Below are positions 38,604 to 47,817 of a stretch of 64,000 nucleotides of DNA, piece by piece. Position 1 is the first letter of the stretch. Each line of letters starts with the position of its first letter. The stretch is from Syntrophorhabdaceae bacterium (GTDB lineage: Bacteria; Desulfobacterota; Syntrophorhabdia; Syntrophorhabdales; Syntrophorhabdaceae). The stretch is taken from assembly GCA_963666485.2 (NCBI GenBank), contig CAXXUO010000009.1, forward strand, positions 160,001-224,000. Reading direction: 5' to 3'. The notes under the pieces are model-generated. The model did no database searches, was not told the origin of the DNA, and was given only the letters and a program-made list of their open reading frames with translations. The position numbers and the translations under genes are program-made.

Positions 38604-39459
38604 CCCCGGAAGCCTTCGATGACACCGCGAGATACTCTGCACAGACGATAAAGACAAACACCGAAAAGTACAGCCAGAAGAGAAACGCCAGGAACACCCC
38701 GTACGTCCCGAAAAATGCCGTGAACCTCCCAATGTAAAGGACGAAGTACTGAAAAAAGTATTTCCCGGCGTGCCAGAGGATGGCCCCAAGAGATGCCGCG
38801 AAGAAAAGCTTCCTCTTGTCCCTGACCGGCGTGAGGAAGTAATACAGGAACCAGAACATCCCGGCCACCAGCACAAGGTCCACGAACGAAAACGATGCCC
38901 TCGTTATAAAACCGCCGAGGGTCTTTGCCATTTTTACCTGGATGAAGAGCGAAAAGGCGAAACTGAAAAAGATGAGCGTCTGGATGAAGGAAAAACTCAA
39001 TGTCAGTAAAAACTCTTCCTGCTTCCCTTTCAAAAACCCTTTTTTCGTCGTGCCGAAGATAAGCTGGAACGCCGGGCGCATGACCGCGAACAAACGTGAT
39101 GTGAACAAGAGGAGAAATATAAGGCCCAGCGGCCCCGACAGCCTCTTCGAAAGAGATATAAGGTTCAGTTCCCTCAGAAGCTTTTTCACGATCACGGCAT
39201 TGTACGGCTCCGGAATAATGTTCGCTATATATTTCTCCAGGTGCACCGCAGGGTGGCTGACATCGATCACGTAGCTGATGATAAAAAGGGAAAAAAGTGT
39301 AAAAGGGATAAAGGTGAGCAGAATATAAAAAGAGATAGACGAAACCATGATATTCGCATGGTCAGCCTGGTATTTCTTGAAAACGAGCCTCACGGTCCCG
39401 GGCAACCCCCGGATCTCGTTCGCACCCTTTTCTCTAATTCTTTTAATGCCCCTTTTCAT
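38557..39459 (-). CDS. YihY/BrkB-family inner membrane protein
   Basis: About 6 TM helices, SISFY--L--IPF, YG-----L-WLYFS motif; 47 nt convergent overlap with polA. Confidence 0.8.
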   Translation of the reverse strand: MKRGIKRIREKGANEIRGLPGTVRLVFKKYQADHANIMVSSISFYILLTFIPFTLFSLFIISYVIDVSHPAVHLEKYIANIIPEPYNAVIVKKLLRELNLISLSKRLSGPLGLIFLLLFTSRLFAVMRPAFQLIFGTTKKGFLKGKQEEFLLTLSFSFIQTLIFFSFAFSLFIQVKMAKTLGGFITRASFSFVDLVLVAGMFWFLYYFLTPVRDKRKLFFAASLGAILWHAGKYFFQYFVLYIGRFTAFFGTYGVFLAFLFWLYFSVFVFIVCAEYLAVSSKASGVNAPRPSYAPFRWKQ

Positions 39460-39504
39460 ACCCGCCCATCATAACCGACTGACTCATCAGTACACAAGTC
39501 TCTA

Positions 39505-39525
39505 ACGTCTTGCGTCTTGCGTCTT
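39505..39525 (-). repeat. Solo heptamer arm, family F (AAGACGY)3
   Basis: ACGTCTT GCGTCTT GCGTCTT on the plus strand, 8 nt past the permease stop. Confidence 0.7.
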
Positions 39526-39533
39526 CCGGTTTC

Positions 39534-40508
39534 CTACCCTATCCTTATCCTCGGGTCGGCCACCGCATACGAAACGTCCGCTATCAGGTTGCCGATCAGG
39601 GTGAGGAGCGCGCCTATGACGAGGATGCCCATGATGGTAGGGTAATCCCTTGCCATGACGCTGAAATAGAAAAGCTGTCCCATGCCGGGTATCGAAAAGA
39701 TGCTTTCAAATATGACGCTCCCGCCGATAAGTCCCGGCACGGAGAGGCCAAGGATCGTTATGACGGGCAGAAGGGCATTTCTCATTGCATGCCTGCGGAT
39801 GACTATCCTTTCAGGAAGGCCTTTTGCATAAGCGGTCGTTATGTATTCCTGCCGCAAGACCTCGAGGAGGCTGCTTTTCATATAGCGCGATATGCCCGCA
39901 AGGCTCCCGACGGCGGAGATCGCAACGGGAAGGACAAGGTGCCTCGCTATGTCCCCGATCTTTTCCAGGATATTCATGTCCTGGAAATCGTAGGATTTTA
40001 TGCCCGACACGGGAAGTATTTCGAGATAGACCCCGAAAAAGATCATCGCGAGCAGGGCCACCCAGAAGGTCGGGGCGGCATACCCGGCAAAGACGAAGGA
40101 CGTCAGCAGCTTGTCCATGATGGAATCTTTGTACCGGGCACAATAAACACCTATAGGGATGCCGAAAATAAAGATAAGCCCCATCGACAGCAGGTTGATG
40201 AGTATCGTTATCGGGAGCCTCTCCTTGATCTTGTCGATGACAGGCCTGCGGTCGGTGGCGAACGATGTCCCGAAATCGAACCTGACTATCCTTTTGAGCC
40301 AGGTCCAGTACTGGACATGAAGCGGCTTGTCGAGGCCGTAAAATGCCCGTATCCTCTCACGGGCCTCCTTGGTTATCTTGGGGTTCATCTCGGCTTCCAA
40401 CATGCCGGGCTCACCCGGCACGAGGTGGATAACCGCAAAGGAAACAAGCGTGATCCCGAATATCATCGGGATCATGAAAAATAAACGTTTAGCGAGATAC
40501 TGCAGCAT
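39534..40508 (-). CDS. Peptide/nickel ABC transporter permease (OppB/DppB type)
   Basis: [43 protein letters not shown]. Confidence 0.92.
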   Translation of the reverse strand: MLQYLAKRLFFMIPMIFGITLVSFAVIHLVPGEPGMLEAEMNPKITKEARERIRAFYGLDKPLHVQYWTWLKRIVRFDFGTSFATDRRPVIDKIKERLPITILINLLSMGLIFIFGIPIGVYCARYKDSIMDKLLTSFVFAGYAAPTFWVALLAMIFFGVYLEILPVSGIKSYDFQDMNILEKIGDIARHLVLPVAISAVGSLAGISRYMKSSLLEVLRQEYITTAYAKGLPERIVIRRHAMRNALLPVITILGLSVPGLIGGSVIFESIFSIPGMGQLFYFSVMARDYPTIMGILVIGALLTLIGNLIADVSYAVADPRIRIG

Positions 40509-42135
40509 TGATCTTGTACCTCATCTGATTTTCCGGGACATACCACGTGATGAAATTGTACATGATGCCGGCCGGGCCCGGGTCTACCCCTTTGAAGCGG
40601 CGATGGAGGGCAACCGTTGCGTACGGGACGAAAAGGAATGTGTACGGCTGGTCTTCGGCGATCAGCTCCTGTATCCGGTCGATATAGACCTTCCTGCCGG
40701 CCTTGTCCATCGTATGGCGCGCCTTTACCAGTAATTCATCCACCTCTTTATTCTCGTATGATGTAAAGTTCAATTCTTTCGGCCCCTGCTTCGACGAATG
40801 CCAGATATCGAAAAGATCGGGATCGTTCGGGATCGTCCAGCCCAGAAGCACCGCATCGAAATTTCTCTTATCGATAAAATCATTGACCAGCGTTGCCCAT
40901 TCGAGGACCCGTATCTTCATTTTGACGCCGACCGCTGAAAATCGCCTCTGTATCAGTTCGGCGCTCTGGATCCTGACGGTATTCCCCTGGTTGACGAGCA
41001 CGGTAAATTCGAACGGCAGGCCGTCTTTCCGCATTGTGCCATCCGAACCTCTTTCAAACCCGGCCTCCCTGAGAAGGGCTATCGCCCTTTCCGGATCATA
41101 TTCGAATTTTTTCACGTTGCCGTTGTATGCCCACATGTCGGGTTTGAAAGGCCCCGTGGCCTCTATCCCCTGGCCAAGCAGGATGCCGTCGATTATCTCT
41201 TTCTTATTGATCGCATGCGCAAGGGCCTGGCGGACCCTTTTGTCCTTGAAGAACTTGTGCTTCAGGTTGTATCCCACGTATGTATAGGCAAAAGCAAGAT
41301 ACTTGTAGCGGTTGAATTCCCGTTTAAAAGCGGGGAAATTTGTCTGCTTCACATACTGCAGCGGAGTGAGCCCCATCATATCGATGGAATTGTTCTTGAG
41401 CTCGAGGAACATGGTCGCGGTATCGGGGATGATCTTCATCATGTAGCGCCCTATATACGGCCTGCCCAGGAAATAATCCGGATTGGCGTTGAGGATCACG
41501 CGGTCCCCGGGCACCCATTCCCCGAACACAAAAGGCCCCGTCCCAACGGGTTTTCTCTTTAACGGCGAAGTAGTTATGTCCTTCCCTTCGAGCAGGTGCC
41601 TCGGCAATATCGCCGACGACCAGCTGATAAGCGCCGGGGCAAAAGGCTTGTCATATGTCACCCTGAACGTATGATCGTCGAGCACCTCGGCCTTTTTGAC
41701 GAGTTTGAAATCACCCGAATAAGGGGTCGGCGTCTTCGGGTCGATCGTCACCGTGTACGTGAACATGACGTCCCGGGCGGTAAAAGGGGTGCCGTCATGC
41801 CAGCGTACACCCTTGCGGAGTTTGAATGTTATCGAGAGGTTATCTTTGGATATGACCCAGGATTCGGCGAGGTCGCCAATTATGTTGAGGTTCCTGTCAT
41901 ACCTGACCAGCCCGTTATACACGTAGCCCGCGATCTCATGCGACGATGAATCGCTCGCGAGCAGGGGAATGAGGTTGGATGGCTCACCAATGGACCCTGT
42001 TATGATCATATCGCCATAAGCAGGCGTGCCCGGGTCATCATACAATGCCGCATCTTTTTTCCTGCCGCATGAAAGAAGGAGAGCACAACACAGAAAAAGG
42101 AGCAGGAACAGTCTCTTTTTGGTTACAATAGCCAC
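40489..42135 (-). CDS. Peptide ABC transporter substrate-binding lipoprotein (AppA-like, family 5)
   Basis: LLLSC lipobox, [34 protein letters not shown]. Confidence 0.92.
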   Translation of the reverse strand: MAIVTKKRLFLLLFLCCALLLSCGRKKDAALYDDPGTPAYGDMIITGSIGEPSNLIPLLASDSSSHEIAGYVYNGLVRYDRNLNIIGDLAESWVISKDNLSITFKLRKGVRWHDGTPFTARDVMFTYTVTIDPKTPTPYSGDFKLVKKAEVLDDHTFRVTYDKPFAPALISWSSAILPRHLLEGKDITTSPLKRKPVGTGPFVFGEWVPGDRVILNANPDYFLGRPYIGRYMMKIIPDTATMFLELKNNSIDMMGLTPLQYVKQTNFPAFKREFNRYKYLAFAYTYVGYNLKHKFFKDKRVRQALAHAINKKEIIDGILLGQGIEATGPFKPDMWAYNGNVKKFEYDPERAIALLREAGFERGSDGTMRKDGLPFEFTVLVNQGNTVRIQSAELIQRRFSAVGVKMKIRVLEWATLVNDFIDKRNFDAVLLGWTIPNDPDLFDIWHSSKQGPKELNFTSYENKEVDELLVKARHTMDKAGRKVYIDRIQELIAEDQPYTFLFVPYATVALHRRFKGVDPGPAGIMYNFITWYVPENQMRYKINAAVSR

Positions 42136-42368
42136 AATCGAAGCTAATTTTAGCAGATAAGGCCCGTTAAAGCAAAGAAACCGGCCTGCCGACGAAAGAT
42201 CTCCTGCAGAGCGGACGTAAGCCGATATTTCTTGAAAACTGCCGGGGAATCCGATATAACATCACGGGGACTGTCAATACGTGTAATGCCGACACGATAT
42301 GCTGCATCTCTTGATTTGATCGCCGCAAGCCCTTGCTACAAATGAACGACTGGAGTCTGTCGATAAAC

Positions 42369-43313
42369 ATGTATATTAATGCAATATCCCATTACCTGCC
42401 TTCCAGGAGAATTCCCAACCAATATTACACTGAACTCAAGGGCCTCACCGATGAATGGATCTTTCGGAGGACGGGTATACGGCAGCGCACACGGGCCGCC
42501 GACGATGAAAATACCCACACCATGGCGATCGAGGCTATGCTGCCGATCGTTGACAGGCTGCCGTACGATCTGAAAGACGTGGACCTTATCGTGGGAGCGA
42601 CCTATACGCCGTTCGATATGGTAGGGACCCTCGCACACGCCGTGCAGGGCTACTTCGACATCCACTCGGCGGCAGCGGTGACGGTGACAAGTGCCTGTTC
42701 GTCATTTATCAATGCCGTTGAGATAGTCGAGGGTTATTTCGCGACAGGCAAGGCAAAACGCGCCCTGGTCATTGCCTCCGAAGATAATTACATGTATACG
42801 AACGAGGATTGTGACGAGTCGGCCCACCTCTGGGGGGACGGCGCCGGATGCGTGTTCATATCTGCCGAAAAATACTCGGCGGACGATATCAGGGTCCTCG
42901 ATGTTCACACTGCCGGCCTCGGGCACATCGGCAAGGGTGTGGGCGGTGTCTACTTAAGGCCTTCGAACGGCGGGCTCATCATGCCGTACGGGCGTGATGT
43001 TTTTGTCAATGCCTGCAAATTTATGGAGACCGAGGCAAAGGATATTGTCGAAAAGAATAACTATGTCATGGGGGACGTCAATTACCTTGTTCCCCACCAG
43101 GCAAATTCCCGCATAATGGACCACGTCGCCAAGGTGCTTGGAGTCGATGCGTCCAGAGTGATCTCAAACATCGAGGAAACAGGAAATACGGGTTGTGCAA
43201 GCACCCTGATATGCCTTTCCCAGAACTGGCAGAGATTCGTCGAAAACGACCTGATCCTTGTCACCGTCTTCGGCGGCGGGTACTCGAGCGGGGCGATGCT
43301 GCTTAAAAAATAG
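42369..43313 (+). CDS. 3-oxoacyl-ACP synthase III (FabH-like)
   Basis: RTGIRQR, SACSSF (Cys), WGDGAG, VPHQAN (His), GNTG (Asn), FGGGYS. Confidence 0.9.
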   Translation: MYINAISHYLPSRRIPNQYYTELKGLTDEWIFRRTGIRQRTRAADDENTHTMAIEAMLPIVDRLPYDLKDVDLIVGATYTPFDMVGTLAHAVQGYFDIHSAAAVTVTSACSSFINAVEIVEGYFATGKAKRALVIASEDNYMYTNEDCDESAHLWGDGAGCVFISAEKYSADDIRVLDVHTAGLGHIGKGVGGVYLRPSNGGLIMPYGRDVFVNACKFMETEAKDIVEKNNYVMGDVNYLVPHQANSRIMDHVAKVLGVDASRVISNIEETGNTGCASTLICLSQNWQRFVENDLILVTVFGGGYSSGAMLLKK

Positions 43314-43347
43314 TTCCACGTTCCAGGTTCCAGGTTCCACGTTAAAA
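43313..43347 (+). repeat. Solo heptamer arm, family D (GTTCCAC/GTTCCAG)4
   Basis: Begins at the G of the TAG stop; ends GTTAAAA. Confidence 0.9.
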
Positions 43348-43367
43348 GATGAAAAATGTCATTGGTC

Positions 43368-43396
43368 TTGACAGGGCCGGTCGCGGGGCGGATAAT
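43368..43396 (+). promoter_or_regulatory. sigma70-type promoter, probably yielding a leaderless nitroreductase mRNA
   Basis: TTGACA (43368-43373), 17 nt, GATAAT (43391-43396), 6 nt, ATG; no SD. Confidence 0.65.
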
Positions 43397-43402
43397 CATT
43401 CC

Positions 43403-43963
43403 ATGGAATTACTGAAAGCGATAAAAGAGAGACGGAGTGTCAGGCATTACAGGAGCGATAGTGTGCCCGACGAGATATTGCTCGAGATCCTCGAGGCGGC
43501 GCGGTGTGCTCCATCATGGGCCAATACGCAGGTGTGCCGCTTTATCGTGGTAAAGGAAGCCGGGGTAAAAGAGGCGCTGCAGGAATGCCTTGGTCCCCAG
43601 AACCCCGCACGGGCCGCCATGGTCGAGGCGCCTATTGTTATCTGCGTCGCGGCGCAGAGGAATGTTTCCGGCTGCCGCGGCGGGACCCCCACGACGAACA
43701 AGGGCGACTGGTTCATGTTCGACGCGGGAATAGCCCTCGAACATATTGCGCTCGCCGCCTGTAATTTCGGGCTCGGCACGGTCCACGTGGGAAGTTTCGA
43801 TGCGGCAAAAGCCGAACAGGCCCTTGCGATCCCGGAAGGTTACAGCATCACGGAAATGATGCCTCTCGGGTATTTCGACGAGACCCCCCGCGAGACCCCA
43901 AGAAAACCGCTGACTGAGATCGTTTACCTCGATCGCTTCGGCGAACCGTATCTTAAAAGATAG
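43403..43963 (+). CDS. Nitroreductase family protein
   Basis: RRSVRHY, AARCAPSWANTQ, GLGTVHVG, RKPL; start trimmed to ATG 43403. Confidence 0.9.
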   Translation: MELLKAIKERRSVRHYRSDSVPDEILLEILEAARCAPSWANTQVCRFIVVKEAGVKEALQECLGPQNPARAAMVEAPIVICVAAQRNVSGCRGGTPTTNKGDWFMFDAGIALEHIALAACNFGLGTVHVGSFDAAKAEQALAIPEGYSITEMMPLGYFDETPRETPRKPLTEIVYLDRFGEPYLKR

Positions 43964-44112
43964 TTCCACGTTCCACGGTTCCACGTTCCACGCTAAAAAC
44001 CCTTATTATATAACCCGCAATATTCAACCCAATAACAGTTCGCCCGTTCACCGTTCACATCTTAGTTCTTTAAGCGTGGAACGTGGAACCGTGGAACGTG
44101 GAACCGGTTTTT
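43963..44112. repeat. Inverted heptamer-array cassette, family D, perfect 32-bp arms
   Basis: 43963-43994 is the exact reverse complement of 44073-44104. Confidence 0.95.
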
Positions 44113-44497
44113 ATCCGTACCCCAACTCTTCGAGCCTTTCTTCCGTCATCCCGATGTAGTGCGCGACCTCGTGCACGACCGTGATCTCTATCTCTTCCTC
44201 GAGCTCCTCGCGCGTCTCACACATTTCCTCGAGAGGTTCCTGAAAGAGATAGATCATGTCGGGATACAGGGGAGGGATGGTGGCAGAGCGTTCGATCATG
44301 GGCACACCCTGAAAAAGGCCGAGGGGATATTCGCCGGGCGGTATGCCCATCTCCATCATCATCTGCCGGGAAGGCCTTTTTTTGACCGAGATCACGATAT
44401 TGTCGAGATGCTGTCGTATCTCGTCGGGAATGTTATCTATGGCTTTGGCTACTATTCGGTCAAATTCTTTTTCATCGAGCCTGATCGACATGGGCAT
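44111..44497 (-). CDS. Zincin-like metallopeptidase family protein
   Basis: LGLFQG, PDMIYLFQEPL, TVVHEVAHYIG, LEELGY. Confidence 0.85.
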   Translation of the reverse strand: MPMSIRLDEKEFDRIVAKAIDNIPDEIRQHLDNIVISVKKRPSRQMMMEMGIPPGEYPLGLFQGVPMIERSATIPPLYPDMIYLFQEPLEEMCETREELEEEIEITVVHEVAHYIGMTEERLEELGYG

Positions 44498-44515
44498 TTT
44501 CCCGGTCAGTTGGCA

Positions 44516-45130
44516 TTAAAGACAGTTTTCCGGCGATGGAGATAACCTTTCCAGAACGGCGACAAATTCGCTGAGAATGATGGCCGTCGCTCCCCACACT
44601 TTTCTTCCATACACGTCGAAGTAGGGAATGCTCCGCTCGGTTCCGTCAATGACCCAGTTTTCGACATTGATATTCTTCGGGTCAAAAAAATGGGAAACCG
44701 GGACCTCGAGCAGGTGGAGCACTTCCTCGGGCTGCAATATAAAAGACGGGCGATACGGAAGATACGCGACGAACGGATGGACGTGGAAATTGCTGGGCTC
44801 GATATAAATGGGGGTGAGTTCACCTATGATGGACACGTCATCACCACAGACGCCGAGTTCCTCGCAGGCTTCGCGAAGGGCGGTGTGTGCCAGCGACTCA
44901 TCCTCCGGTTCAGCCGCACCGCCGGGAAAACTGACCTGCCCCTTGTGAACGGCAACATTTTCGGTGCGCACCGTCAACACGAGAAAAAGGGTTTCCTGTT
45001 CGTTGCCAGGGTATAGCAGTACCATGACCGCGCCGACCAACGGGTGGCTCTTCCCGGGCGGAGGCGTAAAAGCGCGATGCGACGGCGACATCCGCACCTG
45101 CGCCTCGAAGCCCGGCAGCGGCATATCCAA
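44516..45130 (-). CDS. Nudix CoA pyrophosphatase family
   Basis: HKGQVSFPGG, TALREACEELG, VWGATA; exact start uncertain. Confidence 0.88.
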   Translation of the reverse strand: MDMPLPGFEAQVRMSPSHRAFTPPPGKSHPLVGAVMVLLYPGNEQETLFLVLTVRTENVAVHKGQVSFPGGAAEPEDESLAHTALREACEELGVCGDDVSIIGELTPIYIEPSNFHVHPFVAYLPYRPSFILQPEEVLHLLEVPVSHFFDPKNINVENWVIDGTERSIPYFDVYGRKVWGATAIILSEFVAVLERLSPSPENCL

Positions 45131-45183
45131 TGCCTTACGTATGTTTTCCGGAGTTAACCTTTCCCCGATATTACCCTCTGGTC

Positions 45184-45474
45184 CTATAAAACACCCAGAC
45201 CGACACCAACCATTCCCGGACCGGAATCATATGCCTCTGTCATGGCGCGGGAATCATCTTCGATCTCGTTTTCGATACGCGTCGTCACTTTGCGTATCTC
45301 GGCTATTATTCCAAGACCCGTCTTAAAGGGGTCTTTTGCTGAACCGATCTGTGCTATTGCCATGTCTTCGACATTCTTGAGCGCCGCCAAAAAAGCCTTG
45401 TCCATCCTGGGGGCCGCAGCCTTCTTTTTCGCAGGTGCAGCTTTTTTCTTTGCCTTCGGTTTCACTGCTGCCAT
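45184..45474 (-). CDS. Hypothetical protein with Lys/Ala/Pro-rich N-terminus
   Basis: AAGGAGGTG SD; TTGACG-16-TATAAT upstream (45579-45552). Confidence 0.7.
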   Translation of the reverse strand: MAAVKPKAKKKAAPAKKKAAAPRMDKAFLAALKNVEDMAIAQIGSAKDPFKTGLGIIAEIRKVTTRIENEIEDDSRAMTEAYDSGPGMVGVGLGVL

Positions 45475-45597
45475 ACAACACCTCCTTTAAGATGTGTCAG
45501 CATCGCATAGGGGAAAATCCCTGACTACCCGGAAGAATTATCCATACCACAATTATATTGGCAAACGGGGATTCGTCAAGGGAAGAAAAGCCATAAA

Positions 45598-45727
45598 TAG
45601 TAAGGAGTGAAGAGCAAAGAATAGGGAGTTAAAGACAGAACTTCAAATATGAAGATAATATTTTGCGAAAATTGCCGGCCATGTTTGCTTTTTCTCCCCG
45701 CTCCTCACTCCTCACTATTCACTATTC
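45598..45727. repeat. Degenerate inverted heptamer cassette, family G (GAGTGAR ... CCTCACT/ATTCACT)
   Basis: TAGTAAG GAGTGAA GAGCAAA GAATAGG GAGTTAA ... CCCCGCT CCTCACT CCTCACT ATTCACT; between divergent promoters. Confidence 0.65.
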
Positions 45728-45728
45728 C

Positions 45729-45757
45729 TTGCAAGTATCCCTCCTTTTTATTAGAAT
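45729..45757 (+). promoter_or_regulatory. sigma70-type promoter for nrfHA
   Basis: TTGCAA, 17 nt, TAGAAT. Confidence 0.55.
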
Positions 45758-45785
45758 GTCCAAAATCTTCCAAAAAGGAAAAAGA

Positions 45786-46262
45786 TTGGGACCTGAGGAA
45801 AACAACGCCTCGGAATTCGATGCGATAATACGCAAACACGTCTGGAAGTTGATCGCAATAGGCACGGCTTTTGGTGCGCTCGCCATAATGGTCGTCATTG
45901 CCGGATACAGTTTCTCGGGCAGGTCCACATTTTGCGGCTCATGCCACAGCATGGAAAACAATTATTTTACATGGCAGGCGTCGCGGCACAAACAATTCGC
46001 GTGTAATGAATGCCACCTGCCTCATGGAAATTTTGCCCATACATTTTTCTACAAGGCATATGCCGGCCTACGGGACGTGGCCGATGAGACAATGCGGTCA
46101 TATCCATTCACCATAAAATTATCGAACACTGCCCGGGCGATTGCGAATTCAAATTGTTCGCGATGCCATTTTTCGACTATCGAGACGACGCCGATGGCCA
46201 GGGGGAATGTGGACTGCATGAAGTGCCACAAGTTCCTGGTCCACGGGCGTCACGTACCTTAA
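45786..46262 (+). CDS. nrfH: Cytochrome c nitrite reductase small subunit (tetraheme, NapC/NirT family)
   Basis: One TM helix; CGSCH, CNECH, CSRCH, CMKCH; start uncertain (TTG 45786 chosen from SD and promoter position). Confidence 0.88.
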   Translation: MGPEENNASEFDAIIRKHVWKLIAIGTAFGALAIMVVIAGYSFSGRSTFCGSCHSMENNYFTWQASRHKQFACNECHLPHGNFAHTFFYKAYAGLRDVADETMRSYPFTIKLSNTARAIANSNCSRCHFSTIETTPMARGNVDCMKCHKFLVHGRHVP

Positions 46263-46271
46263 TGGAGGTCT

Positions 46272-47552
46272 TTGTTGAATAGAAAGATCATAACGGTCTT
46301 CGTCATCGGATTAGTTTTCTTTCTCGGTGCCCTGGCGATGGTGCGATCGTTTTTTTTCAAGCCCGCCGATAGATCGATCGTTGTCGCCATACCTGAGAAC
46401 GAGTATGACCCCGCTACATGGGGAAAACGGTACCCGCTCCAATATGCGAGCTTCCAGAAAAACCTGGAGATGTCCGCTTCACCCACGGAATTCGGGGGTT
46501 CTGTCAAATTTCAACATTCATTGCGGCAGCCGGAGATACTCACAAACTTTAAAGGGAACGCATTTAGCAAGGATTACACGGAAGATAGGGGACACCCCTA
46601 TTCACTGATAGACCTGAAAGAGTCGAAGAGGGTCACCGAAAAAAGCCCCGGGGCCTGCATGACATGCAAGACCGCCCAGATCTCCGGCATCTTCCGGGAG
46701 GCCGGATGGGCATACGCGAACAAGCCCCTTTCGGAGCTTATGGCCCGTACAGGGCATGCCATAGGGTGCGCCAACTGCCACAACCCGTCGACAATGGAGT
46801 TGCGCATCACCAACCCCGCATTCATCGAAGCCATGGCGAAGCGCGGCATCGACGTGACAAAAGCCGGCAGGGAGGAGATGCGATCGTACGTCTGCGGCCA
46901 GTGCCATGCGGAATATTATTTCCAGCCCGGGACAATGCGGGTCGTGATGCCCTGGGACAAGGGACTTCACCCTGAACAGATCTATGCATATTACAGCACG
47001 AAACCCGGCGGTTTTGAGGGAGATTTTATCCAGCCGGACTCGCTCACCATGGTCCTGAAGGCCCAACACCCGGATTTCGAGGTCTATTCCACGGGCATCC
47101 ATGCCCGGGCAGGAATATCCTGCGCGGATTGCCACATGCCGTACATGCGCGAGTCAGGCCGGAAGTACAGTTCCCACTGGGTGACGTCCCCCATGAAAAC
47201 CACGGACGCGTCGTGCCGGCGGTGCCATCCCGAGGACGCAAAAATGCTCCTGGAAAGAGTGCGATACACTCAGAAGAATGTATGGGACCTGCAGCACATT
47301 GCGGGCACGAGGATCTCACGGGCGCATGAGGCGATAGCGAAGGCCCTTGCCGCAAAAACCATGAACAAGGACGAACTTGAAAAGGCACGCGAGAATGTCC
47401 GCCGGGCCCAGTGGTACTGGGATTTTGTCGCTGCCGAGAACAGCATGGGATTTCATAACCCCGCACTTTGCCTTAACATGCTCGGTCAATCGATCGACCT
47501 GGCGCACCGGTCCGTTGAATCCACGGTAAAGGCGACATCCCCTGTTCCGTAA
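46272..47552 (+). CDS. nrfA: Ammonia-forming cytochrome c nitrite reductase catalytic subunit
   Basis: CMTCK (CxxCK) plus CANCH, CGQCH, CADCH, CRRCH; HAEYYF, KAQHPDFE, AENSMGFHNP. Confidence 0.95.
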   Translation: MLNRKIITVFVIGLVFFLGALAMVRSFFFKPADRSIVVAIPENEYDPATWGKRYPLQYASFQKNLEMSASPTEFGGSVKFQHSLRQPEILTNFKGNAFSKDYTEDRGHPYSLIDLKESKRVTEKSPGACMTCKTAQISGIFREAGWAYANKPLSELMARTGHAIGCANCHNPSTMELRITNPAFIEAMAKRGIDVTKAGREEMRSYVCGQCHAEYYFQPGTMRVVMPWDKGLHPEQIYAYYSTKPGGFEGDFIQPDSLTMVLKAQHPDFEVYSTGIHARAGISCADCHMPYMRESGRKYSSHWVTSPMKTTDASCRRCHPEDAKMLLERVRYTQKNVWDLQHIAGTRISRAHEAIAKALAAKTMNKDELEKARENVRRAQWYWDFVAAENSMGFHNPALCLNMLGQSIDLAHRSVESTVKATSPVP

Positions 47553-47627
47553 ACAGGGATGTGCACCAAACCTGTTTCCCAAAAAATGAGACACGCTTCC
47601 GGAAAATAGCATGTATAATACTAATTA

Positions 47628-47692
47628 TATCAATATGTTACAAAGTGTTACACGGCAGCCTCTGTTGACCTCACTCATTTCCCTGTTATAAT
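47628..47692 (+). promoter_or_regulatory. IHF-like site, TGTTACA direct repeat and sigma70 promoter upstream of the two-component pair
   Basis: TATCAATATGTTA matches WATCAANNNNTTR; TGTTACA at 47636 and 47646; TTGACC-16-TATAAT with extended TG. Confidence 0.5.
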
Positions 47693-47817
47693 TTTATAGG
47701 CTTCACAGGATCAGGAATGAAGGACTTCTCCTTCAAATCCTGAAGAACAATTACGGGAAAATCCCGGCACGCGACGTGAAAAACCGGGCTCAAGTGCCTG
47801 CCAGGAAGGGGAAAAGC

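Noticed and set aside
45124..45178. Possible ATC start (45169) for the Nudix gene after GAGG
   Set aside because: ATG 45124 with an AAGG SD explains initiation adequately; evidence is weaker than for the FAH gene.
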